Shown here piece by piece: positions 52,547 through 62,451 of a stretch of DNA of 64,000 bases. A model generated the notes under the pieces. It was not told the DNA's origin and searched no databases. It saw only the letters and a program-made list of their open reading frames with translations. Within the stretch, counting starts at the first letter, position 1. The number at the start of each line of letters is the position of its first letter. Source of the stretch: Candidatus Poribacteria bacterium (GTDB lineage: Bacteria; Poribacteria; WGA-4E; WGA-3G); the NCBI GenBank assembly GCA_963663765.2, contig CAXXUA010000004.1, positions 992,001 through 1,056,000 on the forward strand. The letters run 5' to 3'. The position numbers and the translations under genes are program-made.

Positions 52547-52700
52547 ATGATTACACAACAAGATATACAAGCAACATGTGGTGATATTGTGCAGGAATTA
52601 GATCCATTGCAAATCATACTCTTTGGCACTAATGCTTATGGACACTCACAAAGAGGACAGATGTAGACCTACTTGTAGTTTTGCCAATACCCAAATCAGA
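52547..52700 (+). pseudogene. Frameshifted, MITE-truncated MNT nucleotidyltransferase fragment
   Basis: AAGGAG RBS; 'MITQQDIQATCGDIVQELDPLQIILFGTNAYG', then in another frame 'TDVDLLVVLPIPKS', cut by the MITE at 52701. Confidence 0.75.
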
Positions 52701-53023
52701 CAGGACTTACGCAGTTTTCATGATTTAATCAAGAATTATGTTGAAAATGATGTAATACCATTTTCATGTGATAATGTCTCATTAGCAGCGGAAATCTGGT
52801 AGGAGCGACCTCCCGGTCGCTCCTACCGAAGAGAGTAACCCCTGCCAGTAAACAGTAGAATTCCTTAATGAGACAAGATTTATTTGAATTGGTATAATTA
52901 TCAGCTTTTTTATAGGTTTCCAGCGCGCTTACAAAGCACGCCTACCGTATGAGAAATATTTATTACCCAATTAATAAATTAATCTTCATCAAAGCACGCC
53001 TACCGTTCGGTGCGTAAGTCCTG
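52701..53023. mobile_element. MITE with CAGGACTTACGCA ends and nested family A REP element
   Basis: Perfect 13-bp TIRs; no target duplication visible. Confidence 0.75.
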
Positions 53024-53082
53024 CAAAGATATTATAGTTGTCATAGCAATCATTAGATTTCGCTTAAGAATATTTACTATAA

Positions 53083-53802
53083 ATGTTAGAAAATAGACGA
53101 TTCTTTCTGCTATTTATGTTATTGATTATTTCAGTTAACCTGTTGCATGCAGCACCGTTAAAAACGCTATCTTTAAATTTCACGCGTGAGTTAACCGAAA
53201 ACGGAAATACAGATGAAACTGAGGGGGTACTGCACTACGATGCAAAAAATGCAATAGTTGTCATTGAAGTTACCAAACCCCTCAGACAGATAATGATTGC
53301 GAAGGAAAACAAATTAGAAATCTATTATCCTGTTGAAAAACAAGCATTTCGTTTTATTTCAAAAGGTCCAATCCCGCTGCCACTCGTTGAATCTATCATA
53401 CAAACCACACAAGCCGAATTTGGATTAACTGCATTAGGATATACGTTTGATAAGCATGAAATTGTAGACAAGGTTCTGTATACTTATTGGAATCCACATG
53501 AAAAGGTGAAAGAACAACTTGGTGTTGCTATTTTAGGTATGCGTGACGATAAACTCATTTCTTCGGAGGTTAAGAATCCAAAGGGGCATCTAATCGCAAG
53601 GACACTCTATGAGAACCATTACAAGACTGGAACGAATTTTATTCCCATGAACGTTTCAGCTACTATATATGACGAAGAAGCCAAAGTGTTAAGATCTGAA
53701 AAAATCAATTATAGCGATCCAAAAGTGAATGTGAAGTCACAAAACCCAATGCTAAATTTCAACATTCCAAAATCTATAAAGGTAAAAGAGATTAAATGGT
53801 AA
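53083..53802 (+). CDS. Secreted protein, possible LolA-like fold
   Basis: Signal peptide; 'F.RE......G.L.Y.......EVTKP..Q.MI.....L.IYYP..KQA' pattern. Confidence 0.55.
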   Translation: MLENRRFFLLFMLLIISVNLLHAAPLKTLSLNFTRELTENGNTDETEGVLHYDAKNAIVVIEVTKPLRQIMIAKENKLEIYYPVEKQAFRFISKGPIPLPLVESIIQTTQAEFGLTALGYTFDKHEIVDKVLYTYWNPHEKVKEQLGVAILGMRDDKLISSEVKNPKGHLIARTLYENHYKTGTNFIPMNVSATIYDEEAKVLRSEKINYSDPKVNVKSQNPMLNFNIPKSIKVKEIKW

Positions 53803-54233
53803 ATAGTAATATTTTTTACTTTCTTGTTCTAACTTGTATATGCTGCTTGTTATTGGCTTTGCCTTTACGGTCGGTTGTAGCAGATGAAGTTGCGGATCTA
53901 TCGTTTATACTTGATGTCAATCCCATCTCAACCCCGAATTCAGAAGAAATAATTCGCTTTAATCCGAATGAGGCATCAGAGTTGAAGTTTGCAGCTACTG
54001 GTATGATACGATTGTATCAAAAATTCGTTTCCAGTCAGGATAACCCATCTTGTAATTTTACTCCATCCTGTTCACGATTTGGGATGGGTTGTATACAAGA
54101 ATACGGTGTTTTTCGGGGTATCCTTCTTGCCGCAGATAGATTACTTCGTTGTAACGGAACCCCTTCATCACACTATCATTTAGATCTAAGGACAAACAAG
54201 TACACTGATCCAATTACAGATTATGAAAACTAA
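53796..54233 (+). CDS. YidD-like membrane protein insertion efficiency factor with N-terminal signal/TM extension
   Basis: 'IRLYQKFVS.Q....CNF.PSCS.FG...I..YG...G.L..ADRL.RC'. Confidence 0.85.
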   Translation: MVNSNIFYFLVLTCICCLLLALPLRSVVADEVADLSFILDVNPISTPNSEEIIRFNPNEASELKFAATGMIRLYQKFVSSQDNPSCNFTPSCSRFGMGCIQEYGVFRGILLAADRLLRCNGTPSSHYHLDLRTNKYTDPITDYEN

Positions 54234-55107
54234 CAAGTTCTTAGGTTTGTTTCTACTCATCCTTCTCAATGCAGTATTTCTGCGTGGTGTTTTTGCTGAG
54301 GAGTTGATTGATTACTACAGTCCTGAAAATGTCCTCAAATTTGCTGATGACCTATTTGCACAAGGAGATTACCTTCGTGCTGTCGGTGAATATCAGCGTT
54401 ATATGTTTATTCAACCAAAGGATAGTGATATGATTCGGTATAAAATTGCAGTTTGTTATCGTTTAGGTGGAAGAGTTGAAAATGCGATCCAATCATTCAA
54501 GCAGTTATTAAATGAATCATCGGACAACAAAACTAAAAGTGCTACTTATTATCAGATAGGTGTTTCTTATTTCTTAATGCAGCAGTATCGTGAATCAATC
54601 AACTTTCTGGATACATCTTTACCGCAAATATCTGACGAACCATTTCGGATAGAATCCCAACAACTCATTGGACTTTCATATCTGATGAATCATGAATGGA
54701 GTTCTGCAGAGAAGATATTTAACGAACTGAAAGAAACGGATATTTTAGGAGCAAGACAAAAAGCGAGTGTATTTAGCGAATATGCAAATAAGGGTTCAAA
54801 TCTTCCGAAACGCAGTCCGTTATTTGCAGGATTTCTTTCAACCATAGTGCCTGGAGCCGGAAGATTGTATACGGGACGTTTTGGTGATGCGTTGACTTCT
54901 CTTATCACAGTGGGAATAACGGGGTGGCAGGCTTATGACGGTTTCAGTAGTGACGGCCTTTCGTCTGTAAAAGGTTGGACTCTTGGAACTTTGTGTGGTA
55001 TATTCCATGCTGGAAACATTTACGGGTCTGTGATTTCAGCAAAGGTATACAATCGTCATGTTGCAGATGAGTTTTTGACCACACTGTCAATTGAATTTCC
55101 ATACTGA
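54223..55107 (+). CDS. TPR protein with C-terminal TM2-like membrane segment
   Basis: TPR helices ('FAD.LF..GDY.RA..EY.R'); 'SP..AG.LS.IVPGAG..Y.G'. Confidence 0.8.
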   Translation: MKTNKFLGLFLLILLNAVFLRGVFAEELIDYYSPENVLKFADDLFAQGDYLRAVGEYQRYMFIQPKDSDMIRYKIAVCYRLGGRVENAIQSFKQLLNESSDNKTKSATYYQIGVSYFLMQQYRESINFLDTSLPQISDEPFRIESQQLIGLSYLMNHEWSSAEKIFNELKETDILGARQKASVFSEYANKGSNLPKRSPLFAGFLSTIVPGAGRLYTGRFGDALTSLITVGITGWQAYDGFSSDGLSSVKGWTLGTLCGIFHAGNIYGSVISAKVYNRHVADEFLTTLSIEFPY

Positions 55108-55129
55108 TTTTATCCCGAAGAGAATTCAA

Positions 55130-55843
55130 CAGGACTTACGCAGTTTTCATGATTTGATGAAGAATTATGACGAAAATTGTGTAAATTTCAGCAATTTTTC
55201 GGTTTCCAGCGCGCTTACATGAAGATTAAAAAATACTTTGGGTAATTCTACTAATCCGGCTACGGTAGGCGTGCTTTGTCCGCGCACCCCCAACTGCCAC
55301 CCAACTGCCCCCAACTGCAGGCGTGCTTTGTAAGCGCGCCAACCAACTGCCCCCCAACTGCCACCCAACTGCAGGCGTGCTTTGCAAGCGCGCCCCCCAA
55401 CTCCCTCCCAACTGCCACCTAACTGCAGGCGTGCTTTGTAAGCGCGCCAACCAACTGCCCCCCAACTGCCACCCAACTGCAGGCGTGCTTTGTAAGCGCA
55501 CCCCCCAACTGCCACCCAACTGCCCCCACCTGCAGGCGTGCTTTGTAAGCGCACCTGCCACCTGCCCCACCACCTGCAGGCGTGCTTTGTCCGCGCACCC
55601 CCGATGGTAGGCGTGCTTTGTAAGCGCACCCCCGATGGTAGGCGTGCTTTGTAAGCGCACCCCCGATGGTAGGTGTGCTTTGTAAGCGCACCCCCGATTG
55701 TAGGCGTGCTTTGTAAGCGCGCTGGCACATCAAGTCCCAAGAGCGCGCTTACAAAGCACGCCTACAATCTGAAAAATATTTATTACCCGATTAATAAATT
55801 AATCTTCATCAAAGCGCGCCTACCGTTGGGTGCGTAAGTCCTG
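55130..55843. mobile_element. MITE with CAGGACTTACGCA ends inflated by a tandem family B REP array
   Basis: Perfect TIRs; perfect 5-bp target duplication TTCAA; about 10 G(T/C)AGGCGTGCTTTGTAAGCGC units separated by CCCAACTGCC-type linkers. Confidence 0.85.
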
Positions 55844-56099
55844 TTCAATTGAAGTATCATATTCAAGACTAATCTTTTGCCTTATTTTACAACCATAATA
55901 GATCGTAGAGAAAACACCTTAGGTATGACGTTATACCATTTCTAATAAATCCTGTCTCATTAAGGAATTCCAATGTTTTGCGGGTTGGAGGTTTTCTTAT
56001 CGGTAGGTGGGGAATGCCTAAATGGCATTTGTAGCATTGATTTGGGTGAATGCGCGTATAGTATGCTCCATGGTTCATATCGTTGATTTTTTGATTTGA

Positions 56100-56690
56100 C
56101 CTCCCGGTTGCAAGTGTTTTGATACATAGTCACCATACGGTCGCGACCAGGAGGTCGCTCCTACCAACGCAGGGAAGGTCGCGAGTGTTTGATACATAGT
56201 CCGCCATACGGTCGCGACCAGGAGGTCGATCCTACCAACACAGGGAAGGTGGCGAGTATTTTGATATATAGTCCGCCATACGGTCGCGACCAGGAGGTCG
56301 ATCCTACCAACACAGGGAAGGTCGTGAGTGTTTGATACATAGTCACCATACGGTCGCGACCAGGAGGTCGCTCCTACCAACGCAGGGAAGGTCGCGAGTG
56401 TTTTGATATATAGTCACCATACGGTCGCGACCAGGAGGTCGCTCCTACCAACGCAACGGTCGCGACCAGGAGGTCGCTCCTACCAAGGCGGGGAAGGTCG
56501 TGAGTGTTTTGATACATAGTCACCATACGGTCGCGACAAGGAGGTCGCTCCTACCAACGCAGGGAAGGTCGCGAGTGTTTTGATACATAGTCACCATACG
56601 GTCACGACAAGGAGGTCGCTCCTACCAACGCAACGGTCGCGACCAGGAGGTCGCTCCTACCAATGCGGGGAAGGTTGTGACTTGGAGGTG
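56100..56690. repeat. Tandem ~69-bp units containing family A REPs
   Basis: About 10 copies of GGTCGCGACCAGGAGGTCGCTCCTACC with related linkers. Confidence 0.88.
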
Positions 56691-56739
56691 CTTCTTACCT
56701 GTCAAGTGTGTAATTAATTCAATAAATTACCATAAAATT

Positions 56740-57528
56740 CTATTTTGACAAACTCTTTTTTATTTTTCCCCATGTTGTTGATAGCTTTTCCTGTGGTGTA
56801 ACTGAGAGAACAGCATCTATCCCGTTGTTCATCAATTGTTGTATTTCTTGTTGAGAACGTGCAATATTGGATATGCGTACCTCGTCTAACCTACCGTCAA
56901 GGAATGGCGTCCCACCTCGTCCAATCCAAATTGCCTCATCATTTGTAATTATATCACCGTCAAAGTTATTCTCACCATCAACTTCACCGTTTATATATAG
57001 TATTGCGTTTCCAGATGCAGCGTCATAAGTTGCAGCAAGATGTATCCATTGGAGTAGTGATAAATCTGTTTCGGATGTTATATTAGCACTACCCCATGCA
57101 TTCGTGGTAGTCGCCATCCTCAGTTCAGCTTTGAAATTGCTTCGCGGACCAACCTTATATGTAGCAGCTTTTGTAACACCTACTCCACCAGATGTCGGTT
57201 CAGAGTTTAGATATAACCACATTTCTATGGTAAGACCGGTAGTTAAATCAAGACTATCATTAGCGGGTATTTCCAAGAAATCACCTTGTGCGTTTCCACC
57301 GAAAGTCAGTCCTTTCTGAAATCGTCCAGTACCTAATTCCGCACCGACATTTGTAGCATCATTACCATTCCCAGATATATCCTTGACGATATCATTACTA
57401 ACATCTTCAAATGAATATAGCAGCACAGTATTGTCATCTTGAGCAAAAGCATGTATATTAATACCACATGTAATCAGGATTAATAGTATTAACCAAGCTT
57501 TTATAGTTGTTAAATCATACATGGACAC
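56740..57528 (-). CDS. Secreted LamG/ConA-like domain protein
   Basis: 'W.HLAATYD', 'LYING', 'G.LDEVRISN.ARS'; tail 'SVTPQEKLSTTWGKIK'. Confidence 0.9.
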   Translation of the reverse strand: MSMYDLTTIKAWLILLILITCGINIHAFAQDDNTVLLYSFEDVSNDIVKDISGNGNDATNVGAELGTGRFQKGLTFGGNAQGDFLEIPANDSLDLTTGLTIEMWLYLNSEPTSGGVGVTKAATYKVGPRSNFKAELRMATTTNAWGSANITSETDLSLLQWIHLAATYDAASGNAILYINGEVDGENNFDGDIITNDEAIWIGRGGTPFLDGRLDEVRISNIARSQQEIQQLMNNGIDAVLSVTPQEKLSTTWGKIKKSLSK

Positions 57529-57855
57529 GACTCCTTGATTAAAATTGTGTTGTAGAGATTCTTAGTGATCTTATTATATTTCTAAAAAAACATATCGCAT
57601 TACAGGTTTTTATGAATGTAAGTTAATAAGGCACAAACTAAAAGTTTGTGCTACAAAAAGAGACATTATATATTAGAAACGGTATTATTATATCAGAAAT
57701 AGAAAGAGTTATGACAAGAAAAATATATAAATCCGAATAAGTAAAATTAAAAAGTGTGTTTTCTATGAACAATTTTAGAACTAATTTGCCTAATCTAATA
57801 CAAATGGTTTATTAAATTTTTAGCACTTTCAGCAATACAAAACAAGGATAGATTA

Positions 57856-59994
57856 ATGAACAATAAATGCAAAATAATGATTATCTCTATCATAGTGATG
57901 TTCTCTATGGTGTTGGTTCATAATACTTGGACACAGGATACACTCTCAGACAATGAGAAAAGGTTTGACATAGATGGAAACGGAGAGCTTAATACCTCAG
58001 AAAAGAATCTGATGGAAAGAATTGAAAAAACAGAAAAAGAAAGAGGGATACAATTCAGTACTCGTCAGATTCGCGATATGAGCAATTTACAAAACAATGG
58101 CAATCGTGGTGGCAGATCGGGTAGGTCACGTGGATCCAGAACACCCACGGGACCGCGATTGAACCCAGAACAGATCCCATTCAAGGATGGTACTGCTACA
58201 ATTCCGGATCGTACGACCTTTAAGAAACTCTCTTATCAAGGTACTGAAGTGCGTATAGATACACAACTAATTGGTATTGAGTTTGTAAAGATTCAGATAG
58301 AAAATATGAACACGGATAACCCCCATCTTTATTTTATGAATACGAAGACGCATCGTTCCCATGGAAGTTTCATGCAGGCAGCGGGTTTAAGCAGAGGACA
58401 GGGCCAGATGCGGGGAGTCTTGAGTTTCCGTCCACTGTTCACATCCCCAAATGGCGAACCCGGTGTTTATACTTTTGAGTTTAATCCAAATGATGCGTTT
58501 CCGTTTACTGAAATCAAACGTGTTCATGATTTGCTTGTGTCAAAAATGCCTATATTAGAAGGTCGTCTCGGTTATTGTCCGCTTTGGGGTGCAATTGATC
58601 TCTATAGGCGCGAAAAGTCTTTGTATGATACAGCAGATTTCCCTGTATATTTTGAAGACGATCTTTATGCTAATGTTGGATACCTTCCTTTAAATACTGG
58701 GGAATCGTTTGGACGTTTGCATGTATTAGAAGCAAATGAACGTCCGAAGCCGCGCGACATCGTTATATGCAAGACATTACCTAACGAAATGCCTCGAGTT
58801 GCAGGTATTATTACAGGTGTTCGTCAGACGCCGCTATCTCATGTCAACCTGCGTGCAATACAGGACAAAGTGCCTAACGCATTCATTACAAGTGCGACTG
58901 AGAATAACTTGATCGCACCGCTGATAGGAAAATATGTCTACTACATGGTAAATGCAGATGGTTTTGATATTAGAGAAGCAACCCAACAAGAGGTAAATGC
59001 ACATTTTGCGGACTTACGTCCAGCAACTGACCAGAAACCTAAACGAAACCTATCTATTAAGAAAGTCTTAACATTAGATGAAATAACTTTCAGCAATTCT
59101 GATAGTTTTGGCGTGAAAACAGCAAACATTGCGACATTACGGACGTTTGATTTTCCAGAGGGTACCGTACCAGATGGGTTTGGAGTTCCATTCTACTTTT
59201 ATGACGAGTTTATGAAGCACAATGGTTTCTATGATACAGTAATAACTATGCTCAATGATTCAGAATTCCAGAATTCACACGACACAAAGGAAGAAGAACT
59301 TAAAAAGTTGCGGTCTGTGATCGAGAATGGAGAGATGCCGGTTTGGATGATGGCTGCTCTTTCAGAACTGCAGAATTCATTCCGAAAGGAAACATCACTC
59401 CGTTGCCGATCGAGTACAAACAACGAGGATTTACCGGGATTTAGCGGAGCGGGGTTGTATGATTCCTTTACACACAATCCAGATGAAGGTCATTTGTCAA
59501 AATCTATAAAGCAGGTGTATGCTAGTCTCTGGAATTTCCGTGCTTTTGATGCACGTGAGTTCTATCGCATAGATCATTTGACGACAGCGATGGGTGTGCT
59601 GCTTCATCCAAATTACGCTGATGAATTGTCAAACGGTGTTGCTGTAACGAATGATGTTGTATATCAGACAATTGGCAATTACTACCTTAATACGCAGGTG
59701 GGTGAAGACCTTGTAACTAACCCAAATGAACAGTCTCGACCAGAAGAAATTCTGTTGGATATGGGTGATGGTAATGTTTATAGAGTAGTTTCGAAGTCAA
59801 ATCAAATAAGTGATGGGAAACAGTTACTGACAAGTAGCCATTTGCGGGAGCTGCATCAATACCTTAGCACAATTCATAATAGATTCAGACGACTTTATGA
59901 TTCAAGTAGTGCGGATTTTGCGATGGAAATTGAATACAAAGTAACTAAAGAAGGTAATATAGCTATCAAACAAGCACGGCCCTGGGTACAATAA
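57856..59994 (+). CDS. PEP-synthase/PPDK N-terminal (ATP-grasp) domain protein with signal peptide
   Basis: 'G.KTAN', 'VPDGFGVP', 'RCRSSTNNEDL.GFSGAGLYDS', 'IK.VYASLWN.RA', 'EIEY', 'KQARP'; EF-hand-like 'FDIDGNGELN.SE'. Confidence 0.85.
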   Translation: MNNKCKIMIISIIVMFSMVLVHNTWTQDTLSDNEKRFDIDGNGELNTSEKNLMERIEKTEKERGIQFSTRQIRDMSNLQNNGNRGGRSGRSRGSRTPTGPRLNPEQIPFKDGTATIPDRTTFKKLSYQGTEVRIDTQLIGIEFVKIQIENMNTDNPHLYFMNTKTHRSHGSFMQAAGLSRGQGQMRGVLSFRPLFTSPNGEPGVYTFEFNPNDAFPFTEIKRVHDLLVSKMPILEGRLGYCPLWGAIDLYRREKSLYDTADFPVYFEDDLYANVGYLPLNTGESFGRLHVLEANERPKPRDIVICKTLPNEMPRVAGIITGVRQTPLSHVNLRAIQDKVPNAFITSATENNLIAPLIGKYVYYMVNADGFDIREATQQEVNAHFADLRPATDQKPKRNLSIKKVLTLDEITFSNSDSFGVKTANIATLRTFDFPEGTVPDGFGVPFYFYDEFMKHNGFYDTVITMLNDSEFQNSHDTKEEELKKLRSVIENGEMPVWMMAALSELQNSFRKETSLRCRSSTNNEDLPGFSGAGLYDSFTHNPDEGHLSKSIKQVYASLWNFRAFDAREFYRIDHLTTAMGVLLHPNYADELSNGVAVTNDVVYQTIGNYYLNTQVGEDLVTNPNEQSRPEEILLDMGDGNVYRVVSKSNQISDGKQLLTSSHLRELHQYLSTIHNRFRRLYDSSSADFAMEIEYKVTKEGNIAIKQARPWVQ

Positions 59995-60181
59995 CTAAGT
60001 CATACCGATATATTAGGTTATGTTTACATTTCCTTAGATTGTCATGAGTATTGATGTGAAATACACAAATCCGAGAGATCGGACTGGTAGTTTATCATTG
60101 CGCGTTGCTACACGACGGTCCTGTTTTAATCGCAGATTGGATAATCTGTTCTTGCATGGGATAGTTTCCTAAAAAGTAATA

Positions 60182-60231
60182 TTATATAACGCTAAAATAG
60201 GCATCCCACCCCTTATTTTAGCGTTATATAA
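60182..60231. terminator. Long hairpin between convergent genes
   Basis: TTATATAACGCTAAAATA...TATTTTAGCGTTATATAA. Confidence 0.55.
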
Positions 60232-60368
60232 AGGAGAATACATGATAATCACATCATTAGACAGAAAGACCCCGCCAATGATTATATGTTAGCAGTGCTT
60301 TTGTTTTAATGAATTCAATGGACAACCGTTGGTATGTTACAGAACAGACACACGTCACCTTCGTCCTG

Positions 60369-60668
60369 TTATTTTAGGACAGAATGTGATCGCTCTGTCT
60401 TGCCATTTTTATGGCAGATTACAAACTCCGTTTTCTGATTTCGGCTGACTTCTCGTCCATATCGTACAGCTTCACTTTTGGTTTGAAAATACCTTGATAA
60501 TTTTCCACCACCACCACGTTTGACTTGCCATCCACCTTTATCATTTTGGATTACATAATGGGTATTCTTAGTCAACCCGTAAACGACAGATTCAGCTGCA
60601 TTTTTAATCTGATTTTTTGTAAGGTGCCCTCGTTTATACGAATCCTTGATGATCCTTCTCCTTGCCAC
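60369..60668 (-). CDS. DUF2188 family protein
   Basis: 'HYV......GGWQVKR.G....S..F.TK.EA...GRE.SRNQ..E..I...NG'; GTG start after AAGGAGGT. Confidence 0.8.
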   Translation of the reverse strand: MARRRIIKDSYKRGHLTKNQIKNAAESVVYGLTKNTHYVIQNDKGGWQVKRGGGGKLSRYFQTKSEAVRYGREVSRNQKTEFVICHKNGKTERSHSVLK

Positions 60669-60669
60669 C

Positions 60670-61320
60670 TTAATCACCTCCTTCAATATGTTGTGGCAAC
60701 CGATTTTCTTTTGTTTGCAGCCATGCTACAACCATCCCTGTATAATCATTATAAATTAGTTTATTAGCGTTTAAATTATAGATCTTAGCCATTTTCGGCA
60801 AATCTTCCTGAAAAACTTTGTAACGTTCAAGAATGAATTCACCTCCTGGAATGTCCTTACGACCTGATGCGTTGCGTAGCCAATCTCTAATCTCTATTGT
60901 AAGTGTATAAGGGTCATTGTTGTGAGATCAAATATCTTGTCCCGATATATCTGAAATAAACATATCATAACGATTAGGGTCTTTATCCAACGCTAAGCAT
61001 TTTTTTCTTTTATTTTGTTCTTCCCCAAATCTCTTTGTTCCAAGGAAAATGCCTAATTCAAGCGGCATATTAATTCGAGGTAGACAGGTGTTTTCGTCTA
61101 ATTGCGCATAGGATATATCGTGAATACCATATCTACTGTTCGCTATAAGATTATATATCTTTTCTATCCAAACTTCACTCGTATCATCTGCTTCAAGTGC
61201 GCATTTGGCAATGAAACCACAATCATATATAGTGAACACCATAGCATTCAATAACGGGATATAATTGTCATCAAATGGGCAATTGATAAAGACATTATCG
61301 TTATAGTGATTTTCTTCCAT
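60670..61320 (-). pseudogene. TIR/nucleoside-deoxyribosyltransferase-like Rossmann protein gene with one in-frame TGA
   Basis: 'VFINCPFD...CALE...GIHDIS...PR.NMPLELG...ISDISGQDI' stops at TGA 60928-60930; the same frame continues 'SHNNDP...IRDWL...IPGG' to TAA 60670. Confidence 0.7.
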
Positions 61321-61410
61321 GACATTCTATATCTATCTCAGTTACATACCGTTTCTTAAACTACCATATTTTCAGGTATTTGAAAAACAAATTTTTACTT
61401 TTCTTTATAT

Positions 61411-61891
61411 TTACGACTTGTGCCAGTTAACTAAATGTTTATACTAAATTCACATATATTGGGTATGGTATATAACATTTCGTCCCTACGGGACTAAAGA
61501 TCATCCAAAGCAAAAGAAGGACGGTTAAATCCTCTTGTCTATGTGAAGTAATTTTTAATAAATAGTTATTTAGCACAAGTCGCTACTTTCAGGCAATTGG
61601 TAATTTTTTCTGTACACGAATCTTGTCTATGACTGGGTTTTTCCGAAGAAAAAATTACCAATTTTACCAATTAGTAATTTAACGTAAATTGAGCAATATC
61701 CTGATTTGTGCCAGTTAACTAAATGTTTATACTAAATTTACATATGTTGGGTATGATATATAAACATTTAGTCCCTATAGGACTGAAGATCGTTTCAACC
61801 TATTAGGGACACCTGCAATTAGGGACACCTGCAAAACGTTATGCTTATGTGAAACAATGGTTTACATAAAGTCATTTAGCACAACTCGTTA
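61411..61891. repeat. Two related MITE shells with family C REP halves
   Basis: GACTTGTGCCAGTTAACT...TTTAGCACAA(G/C)TCG ends; reverse-complement homologs of the 45410-46089 shell. Confidence 0.65.
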
Positions 61892-62451
61892 TATTTGTTA
61901 TCGTAAGCGTAACGCCTATCAAAAAATAGCGGATCTATCACGTTTCCTGTATTGAGCAAGAGGTGTGGCAAACATTTTGCTCACTGTCTGTGAGAATAAC
62001 ATCATATAAAGTGAGTTATCAAAACATAATATAGGATGTGAGATACTGAGTCTGTGAGTTGGATGAGCATGACTAATAATATCTATTTATAGTTTGTATC
62101 AAATGACCCCATGAGTTATACTTTATCTCGACCTTATTCCACAGCACCAACTTCAAGCGATGGATGCGAACCTTACCAATTCATCTTCAAACGATGAAAC
62201 AGGACACCAAGGGGAAACACAATGATACCCTAACTCCATGTTCAAAACGAACTTTATTCAGCAAGACCGGGGTAGTTGCCTTGAAATAGGGTTGATAATC
62301 ACTACCCGATTTGCTATACTTTAGACACGTTTAGCGCTAACCGCATCATTTCTCAAAGAGAATGGTAGCGATTCCAACTTAACCCACTCATCAACGATGG
62401 TTGCGAAGCTAATAAACATCAGCATTCCAGCTATCCTATGGTCATTTGATA

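Noticed and set aside
55260-55725. CRISPR-like array of a constant ~21-bp unit with variable linkers
   Set aside because: Linkers are related CCCAACTGCC microsatellite variants, the unit is a dispersed REP, and the block lies within MITE TIRs
62260-62312. GGCAACTACCCCGGTC on the minus strand, recalling an IS200/IS605 or omega-RNA 5' end
   Set aside because: No IscB/TnpB/TnpA ORF nearby and the expected extended stem pattern is absent
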